NCBI GenBank assembly: GCA_040437565.1
Contig: JBDOQK010000031.1
Location: forward strand, 248,001 to 312,000
Origin: Albugo candida
Lineage: Eukaryota
Direction of reading: 5' to 3'
Length of the DNA: 64,000 nucleotides
The notes under the pieces are model-generated. The model worked only from the letters and a program-made list of their open reading frames with translations. It was not told the origin of the DNA and searched no databases. Of this stretch, positions 38,926-51,795 are shown piece after piece. Positions within the stretch are counted from its first letter, which is position 1, and the number at the start of each line of letters is the position of its first letter. Made by a program: the position numbers and the translations under genes.

Positions 38926-41042
38926 ATGGTATGTGTAAGGACTTATTTGTCAGGACTCTGTATTGCCAGCGCTTTATCACCGACACAATCCTTCAGATGT
39001 GACGTCCGTTATCGACAATCGTGGCGTACGCTCTCTGGAGAAGATAAATCCTTATTTCGAGAGGCTGTGGCTGTATCAATGGACAGAGGATACTTTGCAT
39101 TGTTCACTGATGCTCATATATCTCCACTATCGCTCAGAGAGGCTCATGGGGTATGCACTTTTGGCATGTGGCATCGCGTATTTTTACTGGGATTCGAAAA
39201 TATGCTGCGAAGTTTAGATGAAAGATTTGCGTGCATCACGGTTCCCTACTGGGATCACGTGTCCAATTACGCAAGTCAAATCAGTGGATTTTGCTCGGGG
39301 ATCGATGATTGTGACGCGACCAGATACGAATTGGGTGGTCAGTCTTCGATCCGTCAGCGCATCCAGACCACGGTGTTTGGGGTGCGTGTAAGTGGGGACG
39401 TTTGTGCGACTGGATTCCCGTACCATCAATCCTGCGGGAGGTCGAATCACCAGCCTTGTAGTAGTTGCGTACCTCGAAACGTGCGGAATACACCCATTCC
39501 TTCTACCGCATCCTTTGCTGCCATCTACACGCAAGTTCTTGGCCAACCCGACATCGACGATATGCTGGAAAACATTGAAACTGGACTGCACAGTACGTGA
39601 ACGAGATCGTAGATGAATTAGTGCGTTGTTCTAACTCTGCTTGTAAAGACGATATACATTTCGTACTAAGCAGTATCATGGGCACTGCTGCAGCTCCGGC
39701 GGACATCGTCTTTTATCTCCATCATGTACGTGTTTGATCCTCGTCGGACACTGAAATGAGCCTTACACGTATCGCATCGTAGGCACACACAGACTTGCTC
39801 ATTGATATTGGAGTACAATGTCGTTTGAGGCGACGAATGGATCCGTACAATTTCTGCAAAATGAATAATTTTCTCAACCCGAATGAGAGAGTTTATGCGA
39901 ACGGAAGGGTCCAAATTGTCACTGGAGGATTCCAAAGCCCGGTCATGTCCGTTTACGACAAAAAACATCCATTGAATCCATTTTTTGCAGACATGCCTCA
40001 ACAGTATGACGCATTTATGAATCTCCAGAATCTCGGCCCTTATTCGACATTTTACGAGCTATCAGACTTTACCGAAACTCTTTCTAACACATGCGAGGAA
40101 GCTTTATCGCCACCTAGGAACCAACCTCGCAATCTGTACATTGAAAGGCAGCAGCCATATCCCACACCGCAAATGTATTCGGGAACTCAGCAGGAGCTGT
40201 ATGGAAGAAGCGGAATGCAGCAGGAGCCTACTGAGGAGAGACCCGATAGCAAGCCAAGAGAAGGCTCAGGCGTCCAGCAAGAATACATCGATCAAGAGAG
40301 GAAGTTCCAGCAGCCAAATGATATCCAGCAATTGTATCCGGGAGTCCAGGATGATCTCAAGAAAAGTACAAGCGGTCGGCTCAGACAGGATTCGAGATTT
40401 CAGTCGGAAGAGCCCAAACAAAGTACTAAAATTCAGCAGCCATACCCAATGTATCAAGCGCATACGGCGACCCAGCAAGAGCCTCCAACTCAGCGAACGG
40501 AAGTCCAGCAAGAATACGAGAAGAATACGCGAAGCCAAGAATGGAGTACCCAGCAGGAAATCAATGGAGAAGGATCGGGAACCCCGCAGCCATACAATAC
40601 GCGACAATCCAACATGGGAAGCCAGCAAGAGCACGTTAGACAGGATTCAAGGACACCGCAGCCACAAGTCAGATGGAAGGAAGCACAATTGTCGCCAGCT
40701 CTACAGGATCGACAAATAGTTACTTCCGGAATTTTACAATGGATGTACGAAGCTGAACAACTTCTCGAGGACTTGAATCCATCAAGCACATACCAGACGA
40801 CCTTACAGCCTTCGGAAACCACGATCTTGCAATTGGAAATGATGGTGTGCGTGTTCCACGACAAGTGCCGAGGTGGAGCTACCGAGTACGACGAAGATTT
40901 CTTGCATTCCTTCAACCCAACACGCAAACAATCACGCTGCTACGTATTGATCGAGAGAATCACCGCGGATCAAACACAATTGCGACTGGAAAAATGGATG
41001 GTGATCATGACCAAATACTTTCGCTGCGACAACTTAAAGTAG
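38926..41042 (+). CDS. Secreted tyrosinase-like type-3 copper protein with a Gln-rich repeat insert
   Basis: Signal-like N-terminus, RYRQSWRTLS and CuA H..EAHG..FGMWHR..FENMLR..VPYWD. Introns 39593-39648 and 39726-39782 splice to give CuB GLHNDIH..MGTAAAPADIVFYLHHAHTD. Confidence 0.9.
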
Positions 41043-41081
41043 GGATAGAAAAATGTTTTTGCATTCAAAATATAGAAATTC

Positions 41082-43132
41082 TCAAGATAAACCTGCAATG
41101 ATCTGTTTGGCTTTAAAATGTGCCTTTCCCTCACTCTCCGCCGAGTGTTTCTGAGCCTCTGACCGAGCACACGTCAAGCTCGACGGCGATGCAGACGCAC
41201 GAGTATTCGACATAGCTGCTGGTTCCGATTTTACCACATCTAAGAAGTTACGGTCACCCCAAGCTCCTGCGACCGGTACGTTGTCGACCGCCTTGATGGC
41301 GCGTTTGTGATCGAGATTCTTTTTCCCATTCCGTTTCTTTGTGCCTTTTTGGTTCGATTTGGGCGCACCTTTGGCTTTATTGCTGTCGACCGCTTTACCA
41401 GTCTTTCCTTCACGAGACACACTCACCGGTGCAGGAGCAGGAGTTCCATGGATAACTGCTGCAGCATACCCAATAATTTTCCCGGATGTAGGCGATGTGT
41501 CACCCTGCGTCTTGGGTGCAACAGGAGCAGGATCTTTCGATGCGGTGGTCTCCACTTTGGCGGTGATGTGAGAATTTGTTGCCTGAGAAGCTTTGCTTGC
41601 ACGTTGAGCCCGAGCCTGATTCGTGAATTCTTCTCCATACATCATGCTTTCATAATCGATAGAGCCGATCGAATCACTTCGTATTGGACGACCGTGACGT
41701 AAAGCCTCGCGTGCTTGCTCGATACTACATGTACGTTGATTACGCAGTAGATCTGGATGAGCTTTTCTCGTCACAACGTCCGAATGTGACTTATACTCCA
41801 AACCATCTTTGAGTTTACAATCATCTTCGTCCATATGTTTGACGATCTCTATGATGTCGTCGTGTGAATAGCAAAATTGTATATCTTTCAAAAGGTGTAA
41901 TGCATTCCCAATTTCGTCTTTTTCGTCATTTTGCAGAGGAGGGAAATTGGATGCGTCCAGAACTGGTTCAATGTGATCTGGACGCTCTTCCGTTTTGGTT
42001 GGCTTGGTTACATTCGTATCGGAACCGACTCCATGCTGGTGACTTGCTCGACGTCCATTTCCCTTATACGCTTTTCGATATGTCGATCGATGTTCAAAAC
42101 TGTGACTTTTGTCGCGTGGGCCCGAAAATTCTTCTCGATTTGATCCAACGCTGCTGGTCGACGAAGCATGTGATTTCGAATGACTGTGTCGTCGACCACC
42201 TTGAACATTATGAGCTGATGATCCATACCCTCGACGATCATGTCCATTGCCATTCCGTTTGAAGCCATTACCTCTCCCATAATAATCGATTCCGGCGGTG
42301 TTGTACCCATACACGCTCGCTACATCATAATACCCAGCTCGAGAATCGTAATAGTTTGCAGCGATCATATTGGGGTACATGTCCGCTAACGGATTGGCTG
42401 CATCAACCTCTTTGTTTTGTGGCGAGAAATACGACTTGACAACATTTTCCGACTTAAGTCGCGCTTTAATAGGCACACCATCCAATTGTTTGTCACAAAG
42501 TGTCAAAAGCGTTTCGATTGCTTCTTTTTCTGATTGAAAAGTGACAAACCAAGTGTCGCCAACATCACTGCGAACATCGACCTGTCCACAGTGCGTGAAA
42601 AGCTCTCTCACTTTCTTCACATTTGTATCGGACGGTATCTCACGCAGGATGATTGTGTTTCTCTCGTGTTTGGCATTCGGTCGGATAGCATTTTCACTCT
42701 CATTTAGCACGCAAATCTTCACACAAAATCAGTACGTTGCATCCACAGAATACAAAACAACAACCTTTGAGTTTCGTATCGCATCAGCGACAATGGACGG
42801 GTCCTGTGTGAGCTTTTGGATTTTGGAGAAGCTGAGTATTGTCTCAATAGGAACAAACCTGAAGGCAGAAAAGGTGTCAGAAAGCTGTCATTGAGAGAGA
42901 ATTGGGAGCTTACATCTGCGAGTCCATTTGAGAGACAAGAAATGTATCACTTGCGAGATTCTCGCGAGAAAAATAGAATTCGACTTGTGCTTTAATGGCC
43001 TCTTTGACATTGGCTTGATCTAGCGACAAATTACGTCAGTTTATGCGTTCGATTCTCAAGTGTAGGTGCTGCACCTCGTTGCACGACTGCTCTAGAGCTG
43101 TTTGATGCAACTCTGTTTTCAACTGCACTCAT
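41082..43132 (-). CDS. La-related RNA-binding protein (La motif + RRM, LARP4-like)
   Basis: Spliced 5' exons give AIKAQVEFYFSRENLASDTFLVSQM..FVPIETILSFSKIQKLT (La motif), followed by the RRM NTIILREIPSDT..WFVTF..PIKARLKS and a long low-complexity tail. Confidence 0.87.
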
Positions 43133-43453
43133 AATCAATCTGTATGGATCGCTACGGCTTGATGAATACTTGATTCGCGCTTGGGACCACCCAACGCCGA
43201 ATACCGCTCTTTTATTACGAAAAATAGGATACTGCNNNNNNNNNNNNNNNNNNNNNNNNNNNNNNNNNNNNNNNNNNNNNNNNNNNNNNNNNNNNNNNNN
43301 NNNNNNNNNNNNNNNNNNNNNNNNNNNNNNNNNNNGCTCTTTTATTACGAAAAATAGGATACTGCACTGAAAGAAAAACATATTCTGTTATGCTTTGATC
43401 AAAGCTGCGTATATGCGATGCTTTTTTGGATTCGTTACTGGGTCTTAAATGAA

Positions 43454-44199
43454 TTACGAACGCAAAGATGTCAGGCAATGCAGCAAGTGTCTGATGGCTG
43501 TAACTTGCTGGTGCTGGGGAATTCGATGAAATGGTGGAATGTGGACAAACAAAGCGTGCGCATCAGGAAGCTACGGAATCGATCAATGTAATGCACATCG
43601 GATAAAAACGTCTCCAAACCTGCTTTTGGTTTTGTTCAAGCCAGTGTAATGAATGAAAGTAGACGAGATTGCAGATAAATCGTCCAGGATCGGTTGACAG
43701 AGTGAAGTCGAATTTTTGCAGGTTTTCTGCAATCGCGTCGATAGGAATCTTCGTCTCATACCGCGATTTGCAATCCGACAAGATGACAGATTGTTTGATT
43801 AAGTTACCACGCTCGTCCGAGATACGAAAATCGGCTATATTGTACGCGTATCTTTCAAGTCGAATAGCTGTTGCTTCCGCATGTACGCCGAAATGAATGA
43901 AAATGCAACGCCGTTCCCGCTCCTAATTGATGATAAGATGTCAGATTTTCGAGTCGGCGAATACTCTCACCAACCAGAGCTCTGTGTTGCATGGCGTGCA
44001 ATGTCTGGATGGACCCTAAGGCATTGTTATATTGTAAGAGCGAATCCTCATGCTGTGGAAGCTCTATACCTTCCATAGATACCTCCATCACCTCCACTTC
44101 TGTGACGTTGACATCATTCGCAATATCTTGAGCAATTTTAGCCGAAGGATTGTCGATTATGTCGCCGAATTTGCCAAAGCCAGTGATGTAAAAATCCAT
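43454..44199 (-). CDS. PGPEP1: Pyroglutamyl-peptidase I (C15), multi-exon
   Basis: MDFYITGFGKFGDIIDNPS, IHFGV..RLERYAYN..FRISDERG, STDPGRFICNLVYFHSL and ALFVHIP; the E-C-H triad is present. Confidence 0.9.
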
Positions 44200-44318
44200 T
44201 GACACAGTATCAAAACGATCAAAAAGTAACAGTTTATTAATTTGCAAAAATCATCCTGTTTTTCTTCTTGCGTTTTCGTCCCACTCCTGCGAACTCCAAT
44301 TCTTGAGAAATCATTGAA

Positions 44319-45748
44319 TCATTCAACCTTCTTTTTGCGCGTCTTTTGCGCGAGGCTGAATTCACATCGAAACATGATCATACAAATCACAAAGAAGATG
44401 AAGAATCCAGAAATGAGCAATCCCGGTTCCAAGAGCATAAACTTTGAAGGAAAATCAAATGTCACAGTGAATATCGCATTGTGTTTTCGTGTCAGATTCT
44501 TCTTCTTTAGAATCAACACTGGCCGTCCGATAAGAGATGTGTCCAGGTACGTGAGACGACGTGTTTCACTTTGATCATCGATTTGAAAAGGGACATTCAC
44601 CTTCACATTCTGAGCACCTTCCGGCAGGATGATTTTCAGTGTTTGAGAGTCCACAGCAATGCCTGCGATCGGCGATGAGAATTCCACCTCCAACTTGTAC
44701 GATTCTCCAGAGCGCTTCAGGACAGACGAAGTGGGAAGCGCATAACCAAGGTAGAACTGTGTCTTCCATCCACCCATTATAGGAAATCGAAGACTTAGTT
44801 CAAGTTCTTTGCTCTTGCTGGTGGCTCGAACATGTGAGGTCGTAATATTACCAATTTGATCGCGATAGTAAATGCCCATCGCTTGTTTTGGAAGTCTTGC
44901 GTGTAATGTATTAAACGAAGCTCCAGTCGTTCCAAGAGAGTATGCTAGACGAGAAAACGGTCCCTTCAATGCTGCGCCAGTATGCGATATATCGTACACT
45001 TCTTCGACACTCACTCTTCCCCACATTGACACTTCGACTTCTTTGATGAGTTCAGTTACCGTAATAAAAGGCGAATGATTGCGGTAGTGCACGCGAACAT
45101 CGTTTGCATTTCCCGCATATGGCTCGACATTCTCATAGGGTCCGTATGTGATGAAGGAGCCTTTATGCTGACACGGCTCCAATTTGGAAAAGCTCTCGAC
45201 TCTTGCAGACGGCATTTTCAAAATTGTTGTCTGTGTTTCAGTGACATAAGGACTCAGAACAAATTGTGAATCGTAAAAAAGCACTTTCTGATCATCACCC
45301 TGCTTGATCTGAACGGGATACGGAGTCAATGAGCGTGTTAGCTGCATTGTGACCTTGATCGTGCTCTCTTCGCCTTTGGCAATGGGAGTCTTCAATTTCA
45401 GAATATAAGTAGCCACCGCTTGCCCCTCTTTGGAAACGATTTTATCCGATGGAACGATATCACCAAATTTGGGTGCTGCTATATAGGCAACGTGCTCATT
45501 GATACTCTTATGGACCGCAATTACGTATTCCGTGATATCATTCTCAGAGTCAGTGACAGTAATGTCGGTATTGACGCGAACGACATGCTGAGTGAGATCG
45601 ATGACGCGTTTGATCTGCACAAAGGACATGAATTCAAGTCTCATTGTCAGCGGGAAGGAAGACGTACCGATTTGTTGATGATTGCAGCATCTGTGGCGTG
45701 ATGCAATCCAAGCGTAAGGAGTAATGTTCGGAGCAATTGTAGCCTCAT
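44319..45748 (-). CDS. OST1: Ribophorin I, oligosaccharyltransferase subunit 1
   Basis: Signal-peptide exon from ATG 45748, then KRVIDL, PYPVQIKQGDDQ, EVSMWG, IYYRDQIGNITTS, RFPIMGGWKTQF, TYLDTSLIGRPV, EP + TM helix and a C-terminal KKVE. Confidence 0.95.
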
Positions 45749-45860
45749 GTCAAAATTGGTGGATTGAGCGCTGTCCGCAGATTCCGTATAAGATATGTAT
45801 ACCTTATGTGTTTAGAACAGATTGGTAGATATTCGAGACAGCGTATAACCAATCAATTCA

Positions 45861-46441
45861 ATGCTAGCGCGGAGATTATCACGTCAACTCTTGCACGCAA
45901 GTTCTGGCGGTCGATTTTGGAGAAAACGGATTCGATTGTGCGCGTGCTTTTCAACAGATGATTTTCCAGAACTTCCGAAAGATGAATTGGCTCTCAGTCC
46001 CAATGTAGAGAGTGCATTGAATTATATTTTGGAGCTCAATATGTTGGAGATTGCTGAGCTCTCTCGTGCAGTTCAGGTGCGAATACTTGAACTCTCAATG
46101 TGGGAATTCACTGACATGTGTGATAGAAACAATTCGATCTTCCTGAACCGACGCTCGGAATGGGCGGTGGGTCCAGTGCAAGTGGAAACACAGAAGGAGC
46201 CTCAACGCAAGCCAAAGAAGAAACAAAGACAGCATTTGACGTGAAACTTGTCAGCTTTGATGCCAAAATGAAGATCAAGGTGATTAAGGAGATCCGTGCA
46301 ATCACAGGATTGGGCTTGAAGGAAGCCAAAGAGCTTGTAGAAGGAGCTCCAAATGTCATAAAAAAAGATGTCAAAAAGGATGAAGCAGAAGAATTGATTG
46401 CGAAATTAAGCGAATTAGGAGCAGTATTAGCGATGGAGTAG
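45861..46441 (+). CDS. MRPL12: Mitochondrial ribosomal protein bL12 (L7/L12)
   Basis: Arg-rich presequence, intron 46077-46126, then [35 protein letters not shown]. Confidence 0.95.
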
Positions 46442-46485
46442 GGATAAATTAGAAATATGACCAGTAACATCTCCTAAGCTTTTAC

Positions 46486-46570
46486 AGCCAATCACACATT
46501 TTGTCCAGCATATATTACCAATTTTTCTCCAATCATACTCGACATCTCTTTTCATTTCAACCAATCACAA
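46486..46570 (+). promoter_or_regulatory. Cluster of three CCAATC boxes upstream of ATP23
   Basis: agCCAATCac, ctCCAATCat and aaCCAATCac within about 85 bp, ending about 25 bp before ATG 46595. Confidence 0.35.
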
Positions 46571-46594
46571 CTTGGGCACACATTACAGCGCAAT

Positions 46595-47304
46595 ATGACT
46601 GAGACCTCTTCGATGGCGGCAAACCGCGCGAGCTGTGAAAAGCTCCAACAGCAGTCACTCCAAAAATGTAACCTCGCTAATAAAGAGCCGTGGTGTATTT
46701 TACTTAAATGTATTATGGCTGCAGGTCAACGAGTCGCTTATTTGGCGTACGCAATGGACCAAATGGGATGCAAGATGAGCCACTTGCGATTTGACATACG
46801 ACATTGCCAATCCAAGTCGCTGGGAGGTTTCGAGATCGACGAAAATGGACAGCCAATTGTACGTGCATGTGATTTGGGTCGCGCATATGAGACTATAAAC
46901 CTCTTTCGGTGGAAAAGATCGTTTTGTGTCAGAATCATATTCAGACTCAGGAGGCAATGGATCGAACATTGGCACATGAAATGATACACGCGTTTGACCA
47001 TTGTCGAGCCAAAGTGGATTGGGAGAATCCCGCACATATCGCATGCACAGAGGTTTGTGGCACCAATTGGCTGATCTGACGAGGCTAATGTATACATGGA
47101 AAGATTCGTGCTGCAGCATTGAGTGGTGACTGCGACTTTAAGGAAGAGGTCTTACGCCAACAATTTAACATTGTCGGACAACACCCGGTAAGCATCTGCT
47201 CACATATTAGCTTTGGCATGTCAAACTTGTCGTTTGCAGATTTGTACTCGTCGGCGCGCCAAACTTTCAATGTCGATGCATCCATCCTTCCAAGGAAAGG
47301 TTAG
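46595..47304 (+). CDS. ATP23: Mitochondrial inner-membrane metalloprotease ATP23, multi-exon
   Basis: GGF..IVLCQN..RTLAHEMIHAFDHCRAKVDW..HIACTE|IRAAALSGDC (HExxH). Confidence 0.92.
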
Positions 47305-47568
47305 TCGATCCATATTTAACCATAATATTTGCAACAAACCAGATGACATCATTCTGAATCTAGGGCAGCGACACAGTTGATCAGGTCTTTGAGACTTGCT
47401 ACCGTGACACCGCTCCATATCGAGAAATCCCATAATACATTCCAAATGATAATAGCTCACAAAATGCATCTCTGACCGCATATAAAAGCTTGCTGGAGCG
47501 TTGTACTTGGCTGGAAACATCACAACACATTAAGCTCAAATGTGATTCTATCGTACGCCATTTGGGTT

Positions 47569-49147
47569 CTATCTTGATCGATCCCTTTTAACTGATTCAG
47601 ATTTTGACTTTATAACGACATCAAGCACTGAGTGCATGAATCGACTTAATTCTCTTCTATGGAATGTCAAGTCATCCTGAATAACGACATTAGCATGGAA
47701 AAAAAAAACTCAGTCTGAATTGAACTCGCAAGCACCTGAAGATACGCTGGGGGACAGACGCCGTCAGCTTGGATTTCGTTCGGATAATATTCAATTTCCT
47801 TGTTTTCTCCTTGTGGGATCGCCATTTCAAATACGAATTGAGTTTTTGATTTTGTATCGGATACAGCACAAGCGACTTCTGTTGTCGATGGCATTTTGTT
47901 AGAGTCATCCGAAAGCCTCGAATCAATAAGACGGATTTCCAAGCAGCTCATAAGGCGATAGACTTGCAGTAACTATTCAAGGGAACTATTAAATTGGATA
48001 AATGATGTCAGACGAGAAAGTACAAGTACCTTTTCCAGTTGATCTGCTCGAGTTTGCAGTGAATTCACTACTCGTTGCGAAATTGTGGCACATCATGTGA
48101 TCAAATTGTTGACAAAGAAAACGAGTATTGACGTACACTGAGAGCTGTCTAGACTCTTATCCTTCTGCGTCGACCCTTGTCGATGGATGTGCGAGCGCTC
48201 AAGTTGTGACTGTAATTCCTCGACTTTATCTCGCAGCTTATGATTGTCTGTACTAAGGTTATAGCTATCCCGCTCAGCTTTTTCCATTCTACGTATTCGC
48301 CACCCAATTAAGTCTACAGATTTTGCTGGCTGATCCGATGGTTTCTACCTTTTGTCGTATTTTTGCTGTGCAGAACTCAGAGCTTTCCGATGAGTGATTC
48401 TATTACTCTCGAGCTGCTCTGTCAAATCTTGCATTTGTTTTCTCATATCGCGCACCATCTTTTCATACACTTTTCTCTCTTCTTCTGCAAGTCGTTTTGC
48501 ATCCTCTAATAGCTTCTCACTCTCAAGATCCCTCATCTGTCACAGAAAAGTGAGCATTCGCAGTCACCAACATCACACTGATATCAAACCTTTTTCAGCG
48601 CTTGATATTTTTGCCGTAGTGACTCTACTGATTCCGCGACGTCCGACTCATTAATGTCACGTAAAGTATTACTCGGATGACTGGGCACGAGCGCACCTCT
48701 CCCATTTAATAACCTCTCAGTTCGTATTATATCTTCTTTGACTTTCTTCTTCTCACATTTTCTTCCAATCATACTTTCTTGTGTACTTTGCTGTGAGCGC
48801 ATCTTTTTTTTCGCAGCGACTCCATTCATTTCTTTGCCAGTTGTGTGATTTGAGTTTCCTATTTCGATATTTTTCTTCTTCCTCTTTTTTTCCTGCTTAA
48901 CGTCTCCCACAGGAATTGATTGCGAGCTCTTTGACTTTACAGCGACCCGAATGCTATCCTCCGATTGCTCACGTGGGCGTTTCTTACTCTTGCTTTTTTT
49001 ATTCACATGTGTGATAGGATTTCGTTTCAATTCACCTACATCTTCATTTTCAGGAGCGCGAGGATGAGTTGGATATGACTTTTTGAGTGGGGTAGGCGAT
49101 AAGTAATCGGTATAATCGACTGGTTTTCGATCCCGTAAGCGCGGCAT
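47569..49147 (-). CDS. Csm1/Pcs1-like (monopolin) coiled-coil + RWD-type protein, multi-exon
   Basis: Basic N-terminus; LRQKYQALKK|MRDLESEKLLE coiled coil; C-terminal LQVYRLMSCLEI..FVFEM..IEYYP..PAYLQ|DDLTFHRRELSRFMHSVL, resembling the Csm1 C-terminal domain. Confidence 0.65.
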
Positions 49148-49238
49148 TTGCTTTAGTTGCGTGTGGTTGACGGGGGGCTCTTAATTCGCAAGGGAAGGAT
49201 ATCAAGTACCGGTAATACCAAGTTTATAAAAGTGGTGG

Positions 49239-50624
49239 TTAAATGTTACAAACTGCAAGAGCTTTCTGATAATATTCAATGGCTTGATCGGGATGACCTT
49301 GACACATCATAATTTGACCTAACAATACTAGATTGGATGGAGTGTCCTGATACTGAATGCATTTGCGACACGCTATTTCCGCAGCAACATAATCGACAAC
49401 CTTCATGCGACATTGTGCCAACAAATTCCATGCTTTTGCATTTGATTGCTCGATCGCCGTTGCTCGTAATAATTCAAGAATGGACGCCTGATATTCTTCT
49501 TCGGCAAATAATTTCTCCGATGAGGCAACTAATTGGGAAGCCTTTTGACGAGCCTTTCCAATCCGACGAATACGGACAGTAGCGCATTTTGCTTCATTTG
49601 CTGCAACATCTTCCTTCCTCTGGAGAAACTGCCACTTATGATAGAAATACTGTATCTCCATTTGATTCTGCAATATCATTTGTTCCTTTCGCGCGATCGT
49701 ATCCACCAAATCTTCCATTTCCTTTTTATTATTTCCCACAGCTATACAACTTGCGTTATCTTCCGATTTGGCTGGGGAATCGGGCAGGGATTTTACCGCA
49801 ATGGAGCGTTTGGATGCTAATAAGCGACGTGCAATAGCATCTGCATCATCCGAATTGTAACCGTCCCCAGCACGAGAAGGCTGATGCTTTGATTTTCGTT
49901 TCCGAGCGACTTTATCGACAGATTTTGCATCCGCTAAACGCTGTTTCGAGCGCTTCTTTTTATGCTGATCGACATGGCATTCTTCAGACTTGACGCCACT
50001 GCGGTCACGGGACACTTTTACTGACGAACCATCAGTTGGTCTTGAGCGCTGTTTTGGCCGCGACGAATGCTGACCATGTTTCGTTTCTCGCTTCCGATGT
50101 CTCTTTTCCGGTTGAGTACCTTTTGCTTTCTCAGGCGCTCGGACAAGCGGTACTCCATGCTTTCTGACATTATCGTCTCCAATTGTTTGACTTGGTGTCG
50201 ACGCAGGTCGTGTACCCGGTGGAACGCTTGCTGCACTTTGAGTTCGATGCGGCGCAGACGAATGACTCGTTTCTCGTGCATTTATTTTCTGCATTTGCCT
50301 CCCTTGATCTGCACGTTTTGCCATGTGTGTGCGCCAGAGTGACGTATCTCCGACAGAAGACATATTTCCGATTTGTACGAGTTGGAAACACGCATCACAA
50401 ACGCGCTGTTTGTCTGATGATAGAGAAGAAGGAATTCGAACTCTTCTTCGAGAATGAGACCCACATACCGAAATTCCACAATTTCGACAGTGATGTCGGA
50501 GTCGAAATGGAGAGAAATGACCATTGCAAACGGCACATTTATTAGCAAGCTGCCAGGGTTGTTGTGGAATGTAAGTGTTATCGGACTTCCTGTAGCGAAT
50601 GCGATGTGTGGAAGCACTCGGCAT
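49239..50624 (-). CDS. FYVE zinc-finger + C-terminal TPR protein
   Basis: W..ANKCAVC..FSPFRLRHHCRNCGISVCGSHS..RVCDAC and TPR-like AKAWNLLAQC..LLGQIMMCQGHPDQAIEYYQKAL. The first ATG is at 50624 (the ORF-track start is GTG). Confidence 0.9.
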   Translation of the reverse strand: MPSASTHRIRYRKSDNTYIPQQPWQLANKCAVCNGHFSPFRLRHHCRNCGISVCGSHSRRRVRIPSSLSSDKQRVCDACFQLVQIGNMSSVGDTSLWRTHMAKRADQGRQMQKINARETSHSSAPHRTQSAASVPPGTRPASTPSQTIGDDNVRKHGVPLVRAPEKAKGTQPEKRHRKRETKHGQHSSRPKQRSRPTDGSSVKVSRDRSGVKSEECHVDQHKKKRSKQRLADAKSVDKVARKRKSKHQPSRAGDGYNSDDADAIARRLLASKRSIAVKSLPDSPAKSEDNASCIAVGNNKKEMEDLVDTIARKEQMILQNQMEIQYFYHKWQFLQRKEDVAANEAKCATVRIRRIGKARQKASQLVASSEKLFAEEEYQASILELLRATAIEQSNAKAWNLLAQCRMKVVDYVAAEIACRKCIQYQDTPSNLVLLGQIMMCQGHPDQAIEYYQKALAVCNI

Positions 50625-50902
50625 GATGCATGGAACCTGACGATATATATGCGATATTGGGAAATTGCGATATTGCAACACGTAATCGAGTGCACTGTGA
50701 CAAGTGGATGACACGATGACAGCTCACATTTATTTAAAACTTTACTGCCAACTGAATGTGAAAATTGCTATTTCGTGTCTTTACATTGCAAACTATTAGA
50801 ACNNNNNNNNNNNNNNNNNNNNNNNNNNNNNNNNNNNNNNNNNNNNNNNNNNNNNNNNNNNNNNNNNNNNNNNNNNNNNNNNNNNNNNNNNNNNNNNNNN
50901 NN

Positions 50903-51795
50903 TCGCGCCATTACAAGGCTGAATAGCTAAGTAGCAGAAATCTGTGGCGTCACCAAGATTATATTTTCGTACAATGTACTCGTCTTTGGTGAATTCGTAC
51001 TTTATTTCATCCTCTGGCAATGTGAATTCGATAAATGGCAGCTCGCGATTATCAGTACAATCGCATCGGAAATTGATTGGATCGAAATTCTGGCAAGAAG
51101 TTGAGATGAGTGCTTCTTTGAAAATTTTGTAAGTTGGAGTATCAATAATGGTTATTGGCGATCCATAGTCGAAAGAAAGGGCAATCGGAGTTGGCCGGGG
51201 GCGGGTTTGTCCGGGTAGGATCAGAGTGATTTCAGCAAGCAAAGTACCGAAATCTTCGATGGCAGGTTCGACAAACACTTGCTTGACTAATGGATGACCA
51301 ACGATACTTCTTCCATTATTGTTCAAAATCACGCCATGTAGTAATTGGTGTTCCACGTACAATCTTGGATTACTAGATTTTGGCCAAAAGAAAAGAAGTT
51401 GTGAAGGCAATTTGGCAGGAAAAAAACACTCGATTATCGAAATTATGAAGCGGCACATATTTCCCTGGTTTTATTTGCTCGAATCTCCACTTAGTATCCG
51501 CCACGCTTGGGGCATCTTTTCTCTTCTGTAGCGCAGTAGAGCTAGATCCCTCTCTATAGTCTTCGTCGGGCGATACAAGCGGTAGATTTAAATCTATGAG
51601 ATGACCCAAGTTATCATTGTCCGTGGGTTGCTCCGACCCATAAGCAAATTCTACTTTATTTTTCAATTTGTTCAGCATCACCTCAGCTACTATTCCAGAC
51701 ATCTTCACTTTCAACTTGATATAATGTTGGGGATGCGTTGGCTTGCATACTTTGATACCTTGCAGAAGAAGGAGTTTCAATAGATGATTTTTCAC
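50903..51795 (-). pseudogene. Half-pepsin family member with EAR-like DLNLPL; start codon is GTG and there is one frameshift
   Basis: TCG GTG AAA AAT CAT CTA here versus TCG ATG AAA AGT GAT CTA in the 60166 paralogue. Frameshift near the A7 run at 51420-51426. Contains FPAKLPSQLLFFW..PRLY, LSFDYGS, C.C..ELP, KDEYIVRKY and CYLAIQP. The 3' end is in a gap. Confidence 0.75.
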
